64,000 bases of DNA from Glycera tridactyla (lineage: Eukaryota). Shown piece by piece: positions 63,547 to 64,000 of the stretch (positions are counted from its first letter, which is position 1; every line of letters begins with the position of its first letter). The stretch spans positions 37,696,001-37,760,000 of the forward strand of contig OZ286470.1 of assembly GCA_965644265.1 (NCBI GenBank), written 5' to 3'. Made by a program: the position numbers and the translations under genes. The notes below the pieces were generated by a model. The model worked only from the letters and a program-made list of their open reading frames with translations. It was not told the DNA's origin and did not search any database.

Positions 63547-64000
63547 CTGGAACATCAAAATGATATTTTCAAGTTATGGTATATGTATGATAGTTCTCAT
63601 GATCTTTGATTGATGGCGCATCTACTAATCTTGCAAGATGAATTCGATTATTGGCATGAGTTAATGTCAGAAATTAGATCTCAACATGCCTGGAACTCAA
63701 TCAGTGAATTACTTTCTGTGGCCAATTGGTTACATTGTTGATTGGTGGATGGCTTGGATGCTTCATCAATCAATGATGTTAACCCGTTGAAGGGTTGGTT
63801 TTCCAAAGGGACATATACAGGCAATTGAGGATGTGGCAGCCGTTAGCTGATCGTTCAAGCTACACTCAAGGATATATCAAATCGATATTCATTCAGGCTA
63901 CATAGAATTGATGGTTTCAATATCATGCGACTGTTTTCACACAAATACTGGGTATAGTGATGTACTCATCTAACTGAGACAATGGCAGTGTTCAAAGCTT

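Larger units (their letters stand above)
55030..64000 (+). repeat. Segmental duplicate of about 11455-20150 (A2/A6 locus, intergenic region, B3/B7 3' part)
   Basis: Collinear same-strand matches throughout, e.g. 13584~57615, 15661~59818, 18379~62321 and 19581~63466. Likewise about 35450-51080 (minus the LINE) matches about 4000-11420. Confidence 0.92.

Overview
Animal (non-vertebrate, intron-rich, AT-rich) scaffold with three N-gaps; the species cannot be determined from the sequence. The window is a tandem array of gustatory-receptor-like genes (insect Gr/Or 7TM ion-channel superfamily, 7tm_7-like), all on the minus strand. All complete copies share one architecture: a long exon 1 (TM1-TM6), then three phase-0 introns separating 81-nt and 90-nt exons and a last exon with the TM7 [T/S]YVVLxxQ motif. 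Two divergent subfamilies occur, here called A and B, in the order B0(fragment)-A1-A2(orphan)-B3-B4-A5(pseudogene)-A6-B7(runs off the window). A1, B3, B4 and A6 reconstruct as complete open genes of 406-423 aa. The A-A-B block at about 4-20 kb is segmentally duplicated at about 35.5-64 kb. A5 is split by an 8.2-kb, apparently full-length CR1/L2-type LINE with an unusual three-ORF layout: L1-type ORF1, a separate intact SGNH esterase ORF with splice-like flanks, and a decayed APE-RT ORF2. Also present: older LINE and RTE fragments, tRNA-derived and other SINEs, an 83-bp minisatellite and microsatellites. Gene models, percent identities and family assignments were made by eye, without database searches.
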